From IMG/VR virus record IMGVR_UViG_3300022895_000130, positions 1 through 58,644 of that record: DNA of 58,644 nt; one strand, written 5' to 3'. How positions within the stretch are numbered: the first letter of the stretch is position 1; each line of letters starts with the position of its first letter. Source of the DNA: a virus (taxonomy: Duplodnaviria; Caudoviricetes). Below, one piece after another: positions 36,275 through 46,560 of the stretch. The position numbers and the translations under genes are program-made. Under the pieces are notes generated by a model that was not told the DNA's origin, searched no databases, and worked only from the letters and a program-made list of their open reading frames with translations.

Positions 36275-37243
36275 ATGTCCCTGTCGCAAATGCAGGTCTT
36301 CAACCAGTACATCATGCCAGCGACTCTCGAGACACTGGACCAGTACCTGGCCGCTTTCAACGCCGCAAGCCGTGGCGCTATCGTGCTGTCTCCGGACGGT
36401 TTCACTGGCGACTTCCTCCAAGAGTCGTTTTTCCAGACCTTGGCTGCTGCCCAGCGCCGCGTAGATCGCTACAGTGCCAACGCCACCGTTGCTGCCACCG
36501 ACCTGACCGAGCTGAAGAACACTTCAGTTAAAGTCGCCGGCGGCTTCGGCCCGATCCGCTACGAGCCATCGCAGATGACCTGGCTGGAACGCCCGACTGC
36601 GCAAGGCATAGAGGTAGCGAGCCGCGCGTTCGCTGAGATCCTGCTGAAGGATCAACTGAACACCGCAATCGCCGCCCTTGTTGCTGCGATCACTGCCCAG
36701 CCTGCTGCCGTCAACGATGTTTCGGCTACTGCCGGCATTACCTATGCCGGCTTGAACAACGCGCATGCCAAGTTCGGCGACGCAAGCCAGAACCTGGTCA
36801 CCCAAGTGATGCAGGGCACCAGCTATCACAAGTTGGTGGGCCAGAACCTGGCGAACCAGCAACAGCTGTTCCAGGCAGGTAACGTCCGGGTTGTGGACAT
36901 CCTCGGCAAGATCTCTGTCGTGACGGATGCTCCGGCTCTGATGCAGGCCGGTACTCCAAACAAGGAAATCATCTTGTCCTTGGTACAAGGCGCCGCGCTT
37001 GTCCATGACGGCCGCGATATCATCAGCAACGTCCAGACCACCAACGGAAAGGAACGCATCGAGACCACGCTGCAGACCGACTATACCTTCGGCCTGGGTC
37101 TGAAGGGTTACACCTGGGATGTCACCGCCGGCGGCAAGTCTCCGACCGACGCCGAGCTGTCCACCGGCACCAACTGGGACAAGACCGCCACCAGCATCAA
37201 GCACACCGCCGGTGTTGCTCTGATCGGTGACGCCTCCAAGTAA
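36275..37243 (+). CDS. major capsid protein
   Basis: 322 aa; FNAAS.GAI.L, GLKGYTWD, NW.K.ATS.K.TAGV; TAAGGA RBS. Confidence 0.88.
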   Translation: MSLSQMQVFNQYIMPATLETLDQYLAAFNAASRGAIVLSPDGFTGDFLQESFFQTLAAAQRRVDRYSANATVAATDLTELKNTSVKVAGGFGPIRYEPSQMTWLERPTAQGIEVASRAFAEILLKDQLNTAIAALVAAITAQPAAVNDVSATAGITYAGLNNAHAKFGDASQNLVTQVMQGTSYHKLVGQNLANQQQLFQAGNVRVVDILGKISVVTDAPALMQAGTPNKEIILSLVQGAALVHDGRDIISNVQTTNGKERIETTLQTDYTFGLGLKGYTWDVTAGGKSPTDAELSTGTNWDKTATSIKHTAGVALIGDASK

Positions 37244-37294
37244 CCCCGTGATGTCCAAGCCGGGACGTGTGCCCGGCTTGGTGGAGATGCAATC

Positions 37295-37855
37295 ATGAAC
37301 AACAAAATTTGGTATCTGCCCGGTCCGTTCCACCAGTATCTGGAGGACGTGAAGGCGCTGGCGAAGGAGCGCGGTCTCCGAATCATCGACGCGAACGTCA
37401 CCGAAAGCCGCGAAGGTGAGGCACACGATGTGCCGGAAGTGACGTTGCGACAGGCCGACTCGGCGCCGGTGCTGCTGGTCGCCGGCAGCGGTGGCGTTGA
37501 CGGCGTTGCGCTGCAAGAGCTGATCGACAAGTTGAACGCGGAGCGCGACGGCATCGTGTCGCTGATTGAGGCTGCCGAAGGTTTGTCGGACCTCGAGCAC
37601 CCGGGCGCCGGCGAACTGCCGATCCGCTTGTTCGGTGCGCTGAAAGCCCTTCATGAAGGATTTGAAGCGCTCACAGGCGAGGTTGAAACTTTACGCGCCG
37701 AAGTCGAACGCCTCAAAGTGGCCGCTGAGCCGGTCGACAATGCCGAGAAGATCGCCGGACTCAAAGCGCAACTCGACGCGGCCAATGTGCCGTACCGGGC
37801 GAATGCTTCGGTTGAGTCGCTGGAGAAGGCAGTTTCGGAACTGCCGAAGGCCTAA
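37295..37855 (+). CDS. head-associated hypothetical protein
   Basis: Follows capsid; HeH-like C-terminus LKAQLDA..V.Y..NA. Confidence 0.7.
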   Translation: MNNKIWYLPGPFHQYLEDVKALAKERGLRIIDANVTESREGEAHDVPEVTLRQADSAPVLLVAGSGGVDGVALQELIDKLNAERDGIVSLIEAAEGLSDLEHPGAGELPIRLFGALKALHEGFEALTGEVETLRAEVERLKVAAEPVDNAEKIAGLKAQLDAANVPYRANASVESLEKAVSELPKA

Positions 37856-37912
37856 CAACTCGGGCAGCCGGTCACCGGCCGCCCGATACCAACCCACACA
37901 GCGAGCTGATTC

Positions 37913-38416
37913 ATGACTCTCATCATCGAGGACGGCACCGGCAAGCCTGACGCCGAAAGCTACGCATCTGCCGAAGACCTGGCCATGTACGCCGTGAAGT
38001 TCGGCGTGGTTATCCCGGCGGAAGTACCAGCACAGGAAGCGCTGCTGCGCCGTGCCGCACTGGCGATGGATGGCATGACGTGGAAAGGTCGGAAGACCAA
38101 CAGCGAGCAGGCCCTGTCCTGGCCGCGTCGGGGCGTCGAGTTGGATCGCGAGATCAAGCCAGGCAACTACCTACCGGCGCGGATCCAGTACGGCCAGATG
38201 GCGCTGGCCGCCGAGATCCATGCTGACGATATCGACCCGATCGAGAAGCGCAAAGGCGCGGTAACGCTGGAACGAGTCGAGGGCGCGGTAACTCGCGAGT
38301 ACGCGACGATCCCGAACACCAGTGGACGACTTTTGCCGGCGGCGCCGGATCGGCCGAGCGCCACTCAGTTTGCTGATTACCTCCAGAAAAGGGGGCTGTT
38401 TGCTGTGCGGGCATAA
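37913..38416 (+). CDS. head-tail adaptor (DnaT-like annotated family)
   Basis: LIIEDGTG..DAESYAS, WKG......QALSWPR. Confidence 0.8.
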   Translation: MTLIIEDGTGKPDAESYASAEDLAMYAVKFGVVIPAEVPAQEALLRRAALAMDGMTWKGRKTNSEQALSWPRRGVELDREIKPGNYLPARIQYGQMALAAEIHADDIDPIEKRKGAVTLERVEGAVTREYATIPNTSGRLLPAAPDRPSATQFADYLQKRGLFAVRA

Positions 38417-38456
38417 TCGGGCGTAGGCTTGCGACTCCATCAAAAAGGAAGTCGAT

Positions 38457-38681
38457 ATGGCAGAGCATCAGATAGTTAGAAAACACCCGACTCAGGATGA
38501 AAAAGACGCTTGGGATGCTTATGCCAGCGCTGCTCTTTCCTCGCTTGTTGCTATAGGGAGCGAGCCAAATAAACTGGCGGCTTCAAAGGCCGCACAGTTC
38601 GCTACCTTGCTACTCAACGAGCGTAGAGAGTTGTTTCCTGAGAAAAAGGCGACGGCTCGAAGCGTGCCTCTCAAGCTTTAA
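38457..38681 (+). CDS. small moron protein
   Basis: AAGGAAG RBS; lower GC; own terminator at 38690-38713. Confidence 0.7.
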   Translation: MAEHQIVRKHPTQDEKDAWDAYASAALSSLVAIGSEPNKLAASKAAQFATLLLNERRELFPEKKATARSVPLKL

Positions 38682-38729
38682 CTCAAACTGCCCAGCCATC
38701 GCGCTGGGCTTTTCACATCTGGAGCCAAC

Positions 38730-39098
38730 ATGGCCTTCTACGACGAAATGGCCGTGATGGCTCTGGAGATGATCACAGAGTTCGGCCAGCCGGTGACCAT
38801 CCGCGCAACAACTGTCGGAGAGTACGACCCGGAAGCCGGATCGGCACCACCAGACAGCACCAAAGAGCAGACCGCCCAAGGCATCCTGCTCGACTTCACC
38901 GGTCAGGAATTCCAGAACAACAGCCTCATCAAGCAGGGCGACAAGAAGCTCAAAATCGCCGCGCAGGGGCTGGAGTGGGTTCCGGATCTGCTGAACAAGG
39001 TGATCATTCAGGGCCGCAACTGGTCCATAGTGCCGCCGCTGAAAGAGGTGAATCCGGCCGGCACACCGATCCTGTATGAATTGCAGGTGCGGTCATGA
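38730..39098 (+). CDS. head-closure/stopper protein
   Basis: FGQ.VT, YDP, I.QGDKK, PAG...LY.LQVR. Confidence 0.75.
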   Translation: MAFYDEMAVMALEMITEFGQPVTIRATTVGEYDPEAGSAPPDSTKEQTAQGILLDFTGQEFQNNSLIKQGDKKLKIAAQGLEWVPDLLNKVIIQGRNWSIVPPLKEVNPAGTPILYELQVRS

Positions 39099-39751
39099 GC
39101 AGGGCGGGCGCTGGCCAATCTGGCAGTTTCGCCCTGAGCCTGGCTGAGTTTGCAGCCCAGACCAGTGAAGCCATCGACGCCAGTGTGCGCGAGATCATCA
39201 TCGAGCTGGGTAGCAGCCTGATCCGCACGTCCCCCGTGGGTAACCCCGAGATCTGGGCGGCGAACGTCGCTCACCGGCAGGCGAACATCCGGGCGGCCGA
39301 CGACTACGACTTCAAGTTGGCCGTCCGGAACACGCTTATAAACCTGGATGAAAGCAATTTCACCAAGGCGGGGAAGCTGAAGCGCGGCGTGAAGTACGCC
39401 AAGCCCCTGACCAAAACCGAGCGCGATCAGAACTTCAATGTGAACGGCTTGGTCGCGGGCAAGGACTACGTCGGCGGCCGTTTCCGGGCGAACTGGCATC
39501 TGTCCATCGGTGTTGTCGAGAACGTCACATTCGACGATGTGGACCCGAGCGGCGCCGAGACCATCGCGGCCTTGGTCGCTGCTATCAGCGACTTCACCGC
39601 AGGCCAGATGGTCTACCTCATCAACAACTTGCCCTATGCGATCCCGCTGGAGTTCGGACACTCGACCCAGGCCCCGAGCGGCATGGTCAGGGTAACCGTG
39701 GCTCGCTTCCAGCAGATCGTGCAGGAGGCCATCAGGAACAATCATGTATGA
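39095..39751 (+). CDS. HK97 gp10-like neck protein
   Basis: SPVG, GRFRANW, NNLPYA..LEFGHS.QAP.GMV. Confidence 0.85.
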   Translation: MSRAGAGQSGSFALSLAEFAAQTSEAIDASVREIIIELGSSLIRTSPVGNPEIWAANVAHRQANIRAADDYDFKLAVRNTLINLDESNFTKAGKLKRGVKYAKPLTKTERDQNFNVNGLVAGKDYVGGRFRANWHLSIGVVENVTFDDVDPSGAETIAALVAAISDFTAGQMVYLINNLPYAIPLEFGHSTQAPSGMVRVTVARFQQIVQEAIRNNHV

Positions 39752-40164
39752 GCCACAACATCATCGCTTCGATCTACGAGGCCAAACTTATCGCGTGGGC
39801 GAGGGCGCTACCGACACCATTGAAGGTGGTCGTTGAGAATGAGGCCTACAGCCCGGGCGACAATGACACGTACCTCAAGGCTTTCACGCTGCCAGGAGAT
39901 ACCGCGAGCAACACTCTCGGAGGTGATCATCGTCTGTACACCGGCGTTTTTCAGGTGAGTATCGTGTCTCCATCAGGGAAATATCGAGGCCCCGCAGGAG
40001 CCATTGCCGATCAGATCGCTGCACTGTTTCCCGTGAATGAGCGAAACACAAAGGGGACTCTGACTGTGGTGACAATGACACCGGTCGAGCAGGGCCCCGG
40101 CATTACCGGCGACTCAACCTACACCGTCCCAGCCTCGTTCACCTATCGGGCCGACACCAACTAA
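39748..40164 (+). CDS. tail terminator-like protein
   Basis: EN, YTGVFQVSIV.P.G; precedes the tail tube gene. Confidence 0.75.
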   Translation: MSHNIIASIYEAKLIAWARALPTPLKVVVENEAYSPGDNDTYLKAFTLPGDTASNTLGGDHRLYTGVFQVSIVSPSGKYRGPAGAIADQIAALFPVNERNTKGTLTVVTMTPVEQGPGITGDSTYTVPASFTYRADTN

Positions 40165-40186
40165 TCCGCCCATTGGGCAAACCCAG

Positions 40187-40208
40187 AACCCGCCATTGAG
40201 CGGGTTTT
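40187..40208 (+). terminator. terminator-like hairpin; 19 bp identical to 55212-55230
   Basis: AACCCGCCATTGAGCGGGT followed by T-tract. Confidence 0.65.
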
Positions 40209-40233
40209 GTCATTTCTGCAAAGAGGAAACCCC

Positions 40234-40881
40234 ATGAGCGTCAAAATTCCCAACGGCACTACCTTCGAGATTGCGGCGACGTTGAGCCTTGCGAAGCCGT
40301 TCACCGCCATCAGCAACGCCAAGCCGGCAGTGCTCACCGCAGCCGCGCACGGTCTGACAGATGGCGACGTGATCGTCATCGAATCCGCCTGGGCGAAGTT
40401 GAACGGTCGCCCGGCGCGCGTCATCGACTCCGACACCGGCGAGTTCGCGGCGGAAGGAATCGATACCACCAGCGTGAAAAATTACCCGGCCGGTTCCGGC
40501 GCCGGCAAGGTTCGCGAGGCTTCGGGCTGGACGCAGATCTCGCAAATCACTGAGCCGGCGGCGAACGGTGGCGAGCAACAGTTCCTCACCTACGGCTTCC
40601 TCGAAGACGACGATGACCGTCAGCTTCCGACCACGAAATCGGCCAGCAGCATGACCCTGCCGGTGGCGGATGATCCAGCCCAGGCATACGTCGCACTCGT
40701 TGAAGCGGCTGACGAAGACAAAGAGCCGCGCCTGATCCGCGCAAATCTCCCAGGCGGCGCAACGATCTACTACTACGCCTATGTTTCGATCACCGCGACC
40801 CCGACGTTGAGCCGCAACAACATCATGACGCGGACCATCACTCTTTCGTTCGCCTCCCGCCCAACCCGCTACAACACCTAA
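40234..40881 (+). CDS. major tail tube protein
   Basis: PNG, AISNA.PAV, W.QI.QI, GGEQQF...FLEDD...QLPT.KS. Confidence 0.85.
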   Translation: MSVKIPNGTTFEIAATLSLAKPFTAISNAKPAVLTAAAHGLTDGDVIVIESAWAKLNGRPARVIDSDTGEFAAEGIDTTSVKNYPAGSGAGKVREASGWTQISQITEPAANGGEQQFLTYGFLEDDDDRQLPTTKSASSMTLPVADDPAQAYVALVEAADEDKEPRLIRANLPGGATIYYYAYVSITATPTLSRNNIMTRTITLSFASRPTRYNT

Positions 40882-40890
40882 GGGGTTCTT

Positions 40891-41274
40891 ATGCCGAAGT
40901 TTTCCATCGCGCCGAAGCCGACGTTCACTGTCGATGTGGCGATCCCCCAGGTCGGCGGCAAGCCGGCGATGGTGCCGTTCACGTTCAAATACCGTGACCG
41001 CACTGCACTGGCTGAATTGTTCGACACCTGGAAAGAAAGAGCAGAGGCGATCGGCGAGCGCTTCAAGGGGACTGAGCCGACGCTTTCTGAAATTACCGCC
41101 GCAGAGGTTGAGCAGGGTGTCGACCAGATCAAGGAACTGGTCGTGTCCTGGGGCTTCACCGACAAGCTCAGCGATGAATCCATCACAGCACTGGTGAAGA
41201 GCTGCGTCGGTGTATCGGATGCCGTGGTGAAGGCCTACAGCGAAGCTTTCGGCAAGGCTCGCTTGGGAAACTGA
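40891..41274 (+). CDS. tail assembly chaperone (G-like)
   Basis: Position; ends RLGN on the slippery site GGGAAAC. Confidence 0.85.
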   Translation: MPKFSIAPKPTFTVDVAIPQVGGKPAMVPFTFKYRDRTALAELFDTWKERAEAIGERFKGTEPTLSEITAAEVEQGVDQIKELVVSWGFTDKLSDESITALVKSCVGVSDAVVKAYSEAFGKARLGN

Positions 41275-41594
41275 CCGCCGCCGCCCGTGCGCTCTACGAG
41301 CCCGAAGGATCGGCGGAGCAGATGGCCTTGTTCGGCTTCTCGCCGGAGGACTACAACGAAACCATCGAAGTCTGGCCAGACAACTGGCCGTCCTTTCTCG
41401 TCATGGATGCGATGGGAACCCAGTGGCGCACTGGCGCATGCGGCGCAACCGGGCTCGATTATGGCGTGCTACCCAACGTGATGAGGTTTGTCGGCATCCC
41501 GGCGAAGGAGCGCCCGAGTGTTTTCCAGGATATCCGCGTCATGGAATCGGAAGCCATCGCGGTTATGGCGGAAGGCCGCGACAACAGCCCGTAA
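41265..41594 (+). CDS. tail assembly chaperone T-like frame (DUF1799), reached by -1 frameshift
   Basis: G GGA AAC at 41265-41271; -1 frame open into VWPDNW...TQWR...GLDY. Confidence 0.8.
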   Translation, partial: GKLTAAARALYEPEGSAEQMALFGFSPEDYNETIEVWPDNWPSFLVMDAMGTQWRTGACGATGLDYGVLPNVMRFVGIPAKERPSVFQDIRVMESEAIAVMAEGRDNSP

Positions 41595-41621
41595 ACACGG
41601 GCACTTATTCAAGGTGAGTCG

Positions 41622-44600
41622 ATGAACATTTCCGAACTCGGCATCAAGATCGACTCGGCCGATGCAATCGAGGCAAAAACCAGCCTGGATGATATGGCGA
41701 AAGCTGGCGGCCGGGCCGAGCAGTCCGCCGTTTCGCTGATGAACGAAATGCAGGCCCTGGAAAAATCGCTTTCGACCAGTGCCAAGACCACGCAGGATCT
41801 CGCGAAACAGCGTGATGCGCTCGCGAAACTGACCAAAACCGGCGCATATGGCGAGGCTGAGGCCGCGAAGATCTCGGCACAGCTCGATAAGCAGCAGGTG
41901 GCCCTGGCCAAGTCGGCCATGGACGAGCAGAAGGCGTTGAACAGCCTGCTGGGTGCCATTGACCCGGCCCGCGCCGCACTGGCGAAACTGGATACTCAGG
42001 TCGAGCAACTGGGCAAACACCTGGATGCCGGCCGGATCAGCCAGGACGAGTACAACTCCGCCCTGAGCAAGATCGACAAGGACTACGACAAGCTCAACAA
42101 AACAACCACCGGCTTCGACAAGCTGCGTCTTGGCACCCGCCAGGCTCAGGAAAACGTCGTTCAGCTGGGAAATGCGCTGTCGTCTGGCGACTGGGGCAGT
42201 GGCGTTCGTGCGGTTGCTCAGTTGGGCGCCGGTGCAGGCGCCGGTGCTGCTGGGTTGCTCGCGATGCTTGCGCCAATCGCGCTCGCCACTGCGGCGGTTG
42301 GTGGGCTGGCATACGCTTTCTACAAGGGCAGCGAGGAGCAGGACAGCTACAACAAATCACTGATCCTGACCGGCAATTATGCCGGCGTGAGCGCCGGGCA
42401 GCTGGGCGATATGGCTCGCCAAGTCAGCGCAACCGTCGGCACCACCGGTCAAGCCGCAGCCGTGCTGGCGCTGCTGGCTGAAAACGGAAAGATCGCCGGC
42501 GAGAGCTTCACCGGCATCACCCAAGCTGCCGTGTCGATGCAGGAAGCAACTGGCAAGGCCGTCAGCGAGACGGTGGCTGAGTTCGCCAAGCTCGCCGAGG
42601 ACCCAGTCAAGGCGTCCGCCGCGCTGAATGAGCAGTACCACTACCTGACCGCCTCGGTTTACTCGCAGATTGCCGCACTGGAGAAGCAGGGTGACCATGC
42701 CGGCGCCGTGAAACTGGCGACCGAGCAGTACGCCGATGCGATCAACGAGCGTACGCCGCGCATTCTGGAAAATCTGAGTTTTTGGGAGAAGGGCTACAAC
42801 GCCGTCGCACGGGCCGCTGACGGGCTCAAGAACATCGGTCGACCGGATATCAACGCCGATATCGAGCAGGCCCGGCGCAACCTAGAGTATGCCCAGTCAG
42901 GCAATGTCGGCCTGTTCCAGAACAAGCAGGAGATGATTGATCTCTACCAAAATCGTCTCAACATGCTGGAGGATCAAAAGGCAGCAGAAGCCGACATCGC
43001 CAAGTGGCAGGGAGAGCAGGCAAAGGCCCAAGGCGATGCCGTTTCGTCGATGGCGAAAATCGACGCCCTTACCAAATCGGCATGGACGAACGAGCAAAAA
43101 CGCACCGATGCGATCAAGGAGTACAAGCGGCAGCTCGAAGACATTCGCAAGGTGGCGCCGAACGATCCGCGATTGAATCAGGCGGCGATCGACAAGAACC
43201 TGGCGAACATAAACGACCAGTTCAAGGATCCGAAAGCCGCTGGCACCCAGGTCGATCTGACCGGTTTCAACAACGCCAAAAACAATCTGGCGGCCATCAG
43301 CGAGGAGTACAAAAACGCCCAGAAGGAACTGGATGCGGCGCAGAAGGCCGGGCTCGTTTCTCAGGCTGACTATGCCCTGAAACGCGAAGCGCTGATCGGC
43401 AACGAGCGAGACGAAGTGACCGCAGCCTACGAGGCAGAAATCACCGCGCTGGAAGCCGCCAAGGCGAAGAAAACCACTTCTGCTGCGCAAAGCATTCAGC
43501 TCGATCAGAAGATCGCCGATGCGCGAGCCGGGATGGTCAAGGCGCAGAAGGAGGCGGACAGCCAACTTGAGGTTCTGGCCACGAACGAGACCGGTCGCCT
43601 TGCTCGACAAGAGCGGTCGATCACGACGTACGTGCAGGCCTTGGCCCAGCAGCAGAGGGCTCTGGAATTGGCGGGACAGCGCGCCGTTCTCGGCGTCGGC
43701 CAGGGCGATCGTCAGAACGCGCTCAACAACGAGCTGAACAGCCAGCAAGACCGGTTCGCTCAGCAGTCGCTGGAGCTCGCAAACCAGAAGTCCGATCCAT
43801 CGCGGAATATGTCGGAAGAGGAGTTCACCCGTAAGTCGCAGGCGCTCGCCGACGCGAACAAGGCGGCTACGGACCAGATCCGGCAGAACTACACGGACGT
43901 GGAAAAGGCACAGGGCGATTGGACCAAGGGCGCGACGTCGGCCTGGGCCAATTATCTGGATTCGGCCAGCAACATTGCCGGCCAGACGAAAACCTTGTTC
44001 GGCAACGCCTTCAGTTCGATGGAAGACGCGATCGTCAACTTCGCCATGACTGGGAAGCTGTCGTTTGCTGACTTCACCAAGTCGATTCTGGCGGACATGG
44101 CGCGGATCGCGACTCGGCAAGCCAGCTCGACATTGCTGAGCAGCTTGGTCGGTGCCGCAACCAGCTATTTCACTGGCAGTGGTGGCGGTAACGGGCTGGC
44201 GGCTGGATCCGCTGGCGCAACGTCGTCGAATCTCGGTGCGTCTTCGGCTGGCTACTCCGGCAGCTACTTTCCTCAGGCGCTCGGCGGCGCCTGGTCATCC
44301 GGCGTGCAGATGTTCGCCAACGGCGGCGCCTTCACCAACAGTATCGTCAGCACGCCGACCGCCTTCGGGATGGCCGGCGGCCAGTCTGGCGTCATGGGTG
44401 AGGCCGGGCCGGAGGCAATCATGCCTTTGACCAGAACTTCCAGTGGAAAGTTGGGCGTCATCGCGGCCGGCGGCGGTTCCGGCACTGCAATCAGCATCAG
44501 CGCACCGGTGACGGTGGTCACTGAGGATCGTAGCTCCGAAGGGATGCAGATCGACCAGCAGGCACTGTCGAGAAACCTGCAGTCGCAGATGCAGGCCGTG

Positions 44601-44672
44601 GCCGAAAAAGCTGTTGCTGATTCTTGGCGGGCTGGCGGTACGAGTTTTCGAAATGCAAACGGGAGGGCCTGA
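41622..44672 (+). CDS. tail tape measure protein
   Basis: 1016 aa Ala-rich helical; lambda-like LTGNYAG, GKLSF.DF..SILAD, MGEAGPEAIMPL. Confidence 0.93.
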   Translation: MNISELGIKIDSADAIEAKTSLDDMAKAGGRAEQSAVSLMNEMQALEKSLSTSAKTTQDLAKQRDALAKLTKTGAYGEAEAAKISAQLDKQQVALAKSAMDEQKALNSLLGAIDPARAALAKLDTQVEQLGKHLDAGRISQDEYNSALSKIDKDYDKLNKTTTGFDKLRLGTRQAQENVVQLGNALSSGDWGSGVRAVAQLGAGAGAGAAGLLAMLAPIALATAAVGGLAYAFYKGSEEQDSYNKSLILTGNYAGVSAGQLGDMARQVSATVGTTGQAAAVLALLAENGKIAGESFTGITQAAVSMQEATGKAVSETVAEFAKLAEDPVKASAALNEQYHYLTASVYSQIAALEKQGDHAGAVKLATEQYADAINERTPRILENLSFWEKGYNAVARAADGLKNIGRPDINADIEQARRNLEYAQSGNVGLFQNKQEMIDLYQNRLNMLEDQKAAEADIAKWQGEQAKAQGDAVSSMAKIDALTKSAWTNEQKRTDAIKEYKRQLEDIRKVAPNDPRLNQAAIDKNLANINDQFKDPKAAGTQVDLTGFNNAKNNLAAISEEYKNAQKELDAAQKAGLVSQADYALKREALIGNERDEVTAAYEAEITALEAAKAKKTTSAAQSIQLDQKIADARAGMVKAQKEADSQLEVLATNETGRLARQERSITTYVQALAQQQRALELAGQRAVLGVGQGDRQNALNNELNSQQDRFAQQSLELANQKSDPSRNMSEEEFTRKSQALADANKAATDQIRQNYTDVEKAQGDWTKGATSAWANYLDSASNIAGQTKTLFGNAFSSMEDAIVNFAMTGKLSFADFTKSILADMARIATRQASSTLLSSLVGAATSYFTGSGGGNGLAAGSAGATSSNLGASSAGYSGSYFPQALGGAWSSGVQMFANGGAFTNSIVSTPTAFGMAGGQSGVMGEAGPEAIMPLTRTSSGKLGVIAAGGGSGTAISISAPVTVVTEDRSSEGMQIDQQALSRNLQSQMQAVAEKAVADSWRAGGTSFRNANGRA

Positions 44673-45010
44673 TGGCGATTGAGAAATTCACTTGGCCAAC
44701 CGAGCGCGGAGAAACACCCGATATCAATTATCGGGTACGCACTTCGAAGTTCGGCAATGGCTACGCACAGAACGTCGGCGACGGCCCGAACAACAAAGAA
44801 GACTCCTACCCGATCACCTACGCCGGCCAGAAGGCCAAGGTGCTGGAGATCATGGCGTTCCTAGATCGGCACGCCGGGGCGAAAGCGTTTCTCTGGACAA
44901 CACCGATCGGAGAGCTCGGCCTGTTCACCTGCAAAAATCCTGCTCCCACACCAATGGGCGGCGGCGTCTTCAAACTCACCGCCACGTTTGTGCGGGCATT
45001 CCAACCATAA
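44672..45010 (+). CDS. minor tail protein (lambda gpM-like)
   Basis: F.W, FG.GY.Q, FLDRH.G.KAFLWT.P. Confidence 0.88.
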   Translation: MAIEKFTWPTERGETPDINYRVRTSKFGNGYAQNVGDGPNNKEDSYPITYAGQKAKVLEIMAFLDRHAGAKAFLWTTPIGELGLFTCKNPAPTPMGGGVFKLTATFVRAFQP

Positions 45011-45019
45011 GGGGCAATC

Positions 45020-45769
45020 ATGCCGCTGATCAGTGACATCCAGGTGCTTGAACCTGGCAGCGAAGTGCTGCTCTTTGAATTGGACGGCACGGACTACGGC
45101 GCGGATGTTTTGCGCTTCCACGGGCACGCGATACCGCACACGGCTGCCGAGTTGATCGCCGCCGGCGACGACGCGGACCAGCTGCCGGCGAAAGCGATTT
45201 ACTGGCAGGGCAACGAGTACAGCGCCTGGCCGATGCAGATCGAAGGCATCGAGGCGAACGGCGACGGCACGGCGGTTCGGCCCACGTTGTCGGTCGGCAA
45301 CGTCAATGGGCGCATTACTGCGCTCTGTCTGGCGTTCGAGGATCTGCTCGAGTTCAAGCTTACCATGCGCCATACGCTGGGCACGTACCTGGACGCGGCG
45401 AACTTCCCGGCCGGCAACCCAACGGCAGATCCAACCCAGGAGACGATCGAGGTCTGGTACATCGACCAGAAGACGAACGAGGACGGGGAAACGGTCAGCT
45501 GGGAGCTGGCCAGCCCGGGCGACGTCGGTAACGAGTCAATCGGCCGGCAGGCTACGACGCTTTGCCACTGGTGCCTCACCGGCGGATACCGTGGGCCGAA
45601 CTGTGGCTACACGGGCCCGTACGTGACCAAGGACGGCGTCGTCACTGACAACCCTGAGCTGGACGAGTGCGACGCCACGCTGGGCAAGGGATGCATTCCA
45701 CGCTTCGGCGAGGGCAACCCGCTGCCGTTCGGTGGCTTCCCGGCCGTTTCGTTGATTGCACGGAGCTGA
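45020..45769 (+). CDS. minor tail protein L
   Basis: WQG.EY..WP, C.W...YRG..CGY, C..RFG...LPFGGFP. Confidence 0.92.
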   Translation: MPLISDIQVLEPGSEVLLFELDGTDYGADVLRFHGHAIPHTAAELIAAGDDADQLPAKAIYWQGNEYSAWPMQIEGIEANGDGTAVRPTLSVGNVNGRITALCLAFEDLLEFKLTMRHTLGTYLDAANFPAGNPTADPTQETIEVWYIDQKTNEDGETVSWELASPGDVGNESIGRQATTLCHWCLTGGYRGPNCGYTGPYVTKDGVVTDNPELDECDATLGKGCIPRFGEGNPLPFGGFPAVSLIARS

Positions 45770-45770
45770 C

Positions 45771-46535
45771 ATGCGCAAGCACATTTTGAATGCGATCCAG
45801 GCGCACGCGGCAGCCGAGTACCCGAAAGAGTGCTGCGGGCTGCTGCTGGGCGTCGGTCGCAAGCAGCAGTACTACCCGTGCCGCAACGTCTCGACCGAGC
45901 CGAACGAAGAGTTCCGGATCGATCCCGAGGAATACGCGGCGGCCGAGGACATCGGCGAAGTGATCGGCGTGGTGCATTCGCATCCGGACGCCACCAGCCG
46001 CCCGTCCCCGCGCGACCTGGCCATGTGCGAGGCAACGGCCATGCCGTGGCACATCATCAGCTGGCCCGAGGGCGACTTGCGTACCGTCATGCCTTCCGGG
46101 GAGGTGCCGCTGCTCAAGCGGCCATTCGTCCATGGTGCCTGGGACTGCTGGCAAGTCTGTGCTGACTGGTACAAGCGCGAGTGGGGGCTGGAGTTCGAAG
46201 CCTTCAAGCGCGCAGACGGTTGGTGGGAGAGCAAGGACAACACCAGCCTGTACGAGGCGAACTACGAAGCCGCCGGCTTCTACCGGGTCGACCAGCCGCA
46301 GCGCGGCGACATGATCGTGATGGAGGTGGGGCGGACGGTTTATCCAAACCACGCCGGGATCTTCCTCGGCGCCGATCCGACACTGCCAGGTGAGGATGCC
46401 GCGACGTTCGGCTCCGGCCCGTTCCTGCTGCACCACCTGTACGGAAGGCCGTCAGAGGTCATTGTCTTCGGCGGGCCTTGGTTGGATCGAACTCGCCTGA
46501 TTCTCAGGCACAAAGATGCACAATCGAACACATAA
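45771..46535 (+). CDS. tail tip assembly protein K (JAB plus NlpC/P60)
   Basis: ECCGL, HSHPD...PS..D, DC, NHAGI. Confidence 0.92.
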   Translation: MRKHILNAIQAHAAAEYPKECCGLLLGVGRKQQYYPCRNVSTEPNEEFRIDPEEYAAAEDIGEVIGVVHSHPDATSRPSPRDLAMCEATAMPWHIISWPEGDLRTVMPSGEVPLLKRPFVHGAWDCWQVCADWYKREWGLEFEAFKRADGWWESKDNTSLYEANYEAAGFYRVDQPQRGDMIVMEVGRTVYPNHAGIFLGADPTLPGEDAATFGSGPFLLHHLYGRPSEVIVFGGPWLDRTRLILRHKDAQSNT

Positions 46536-46560
46536 CGCGGATTCCCCGAAGGAGTTGAAT

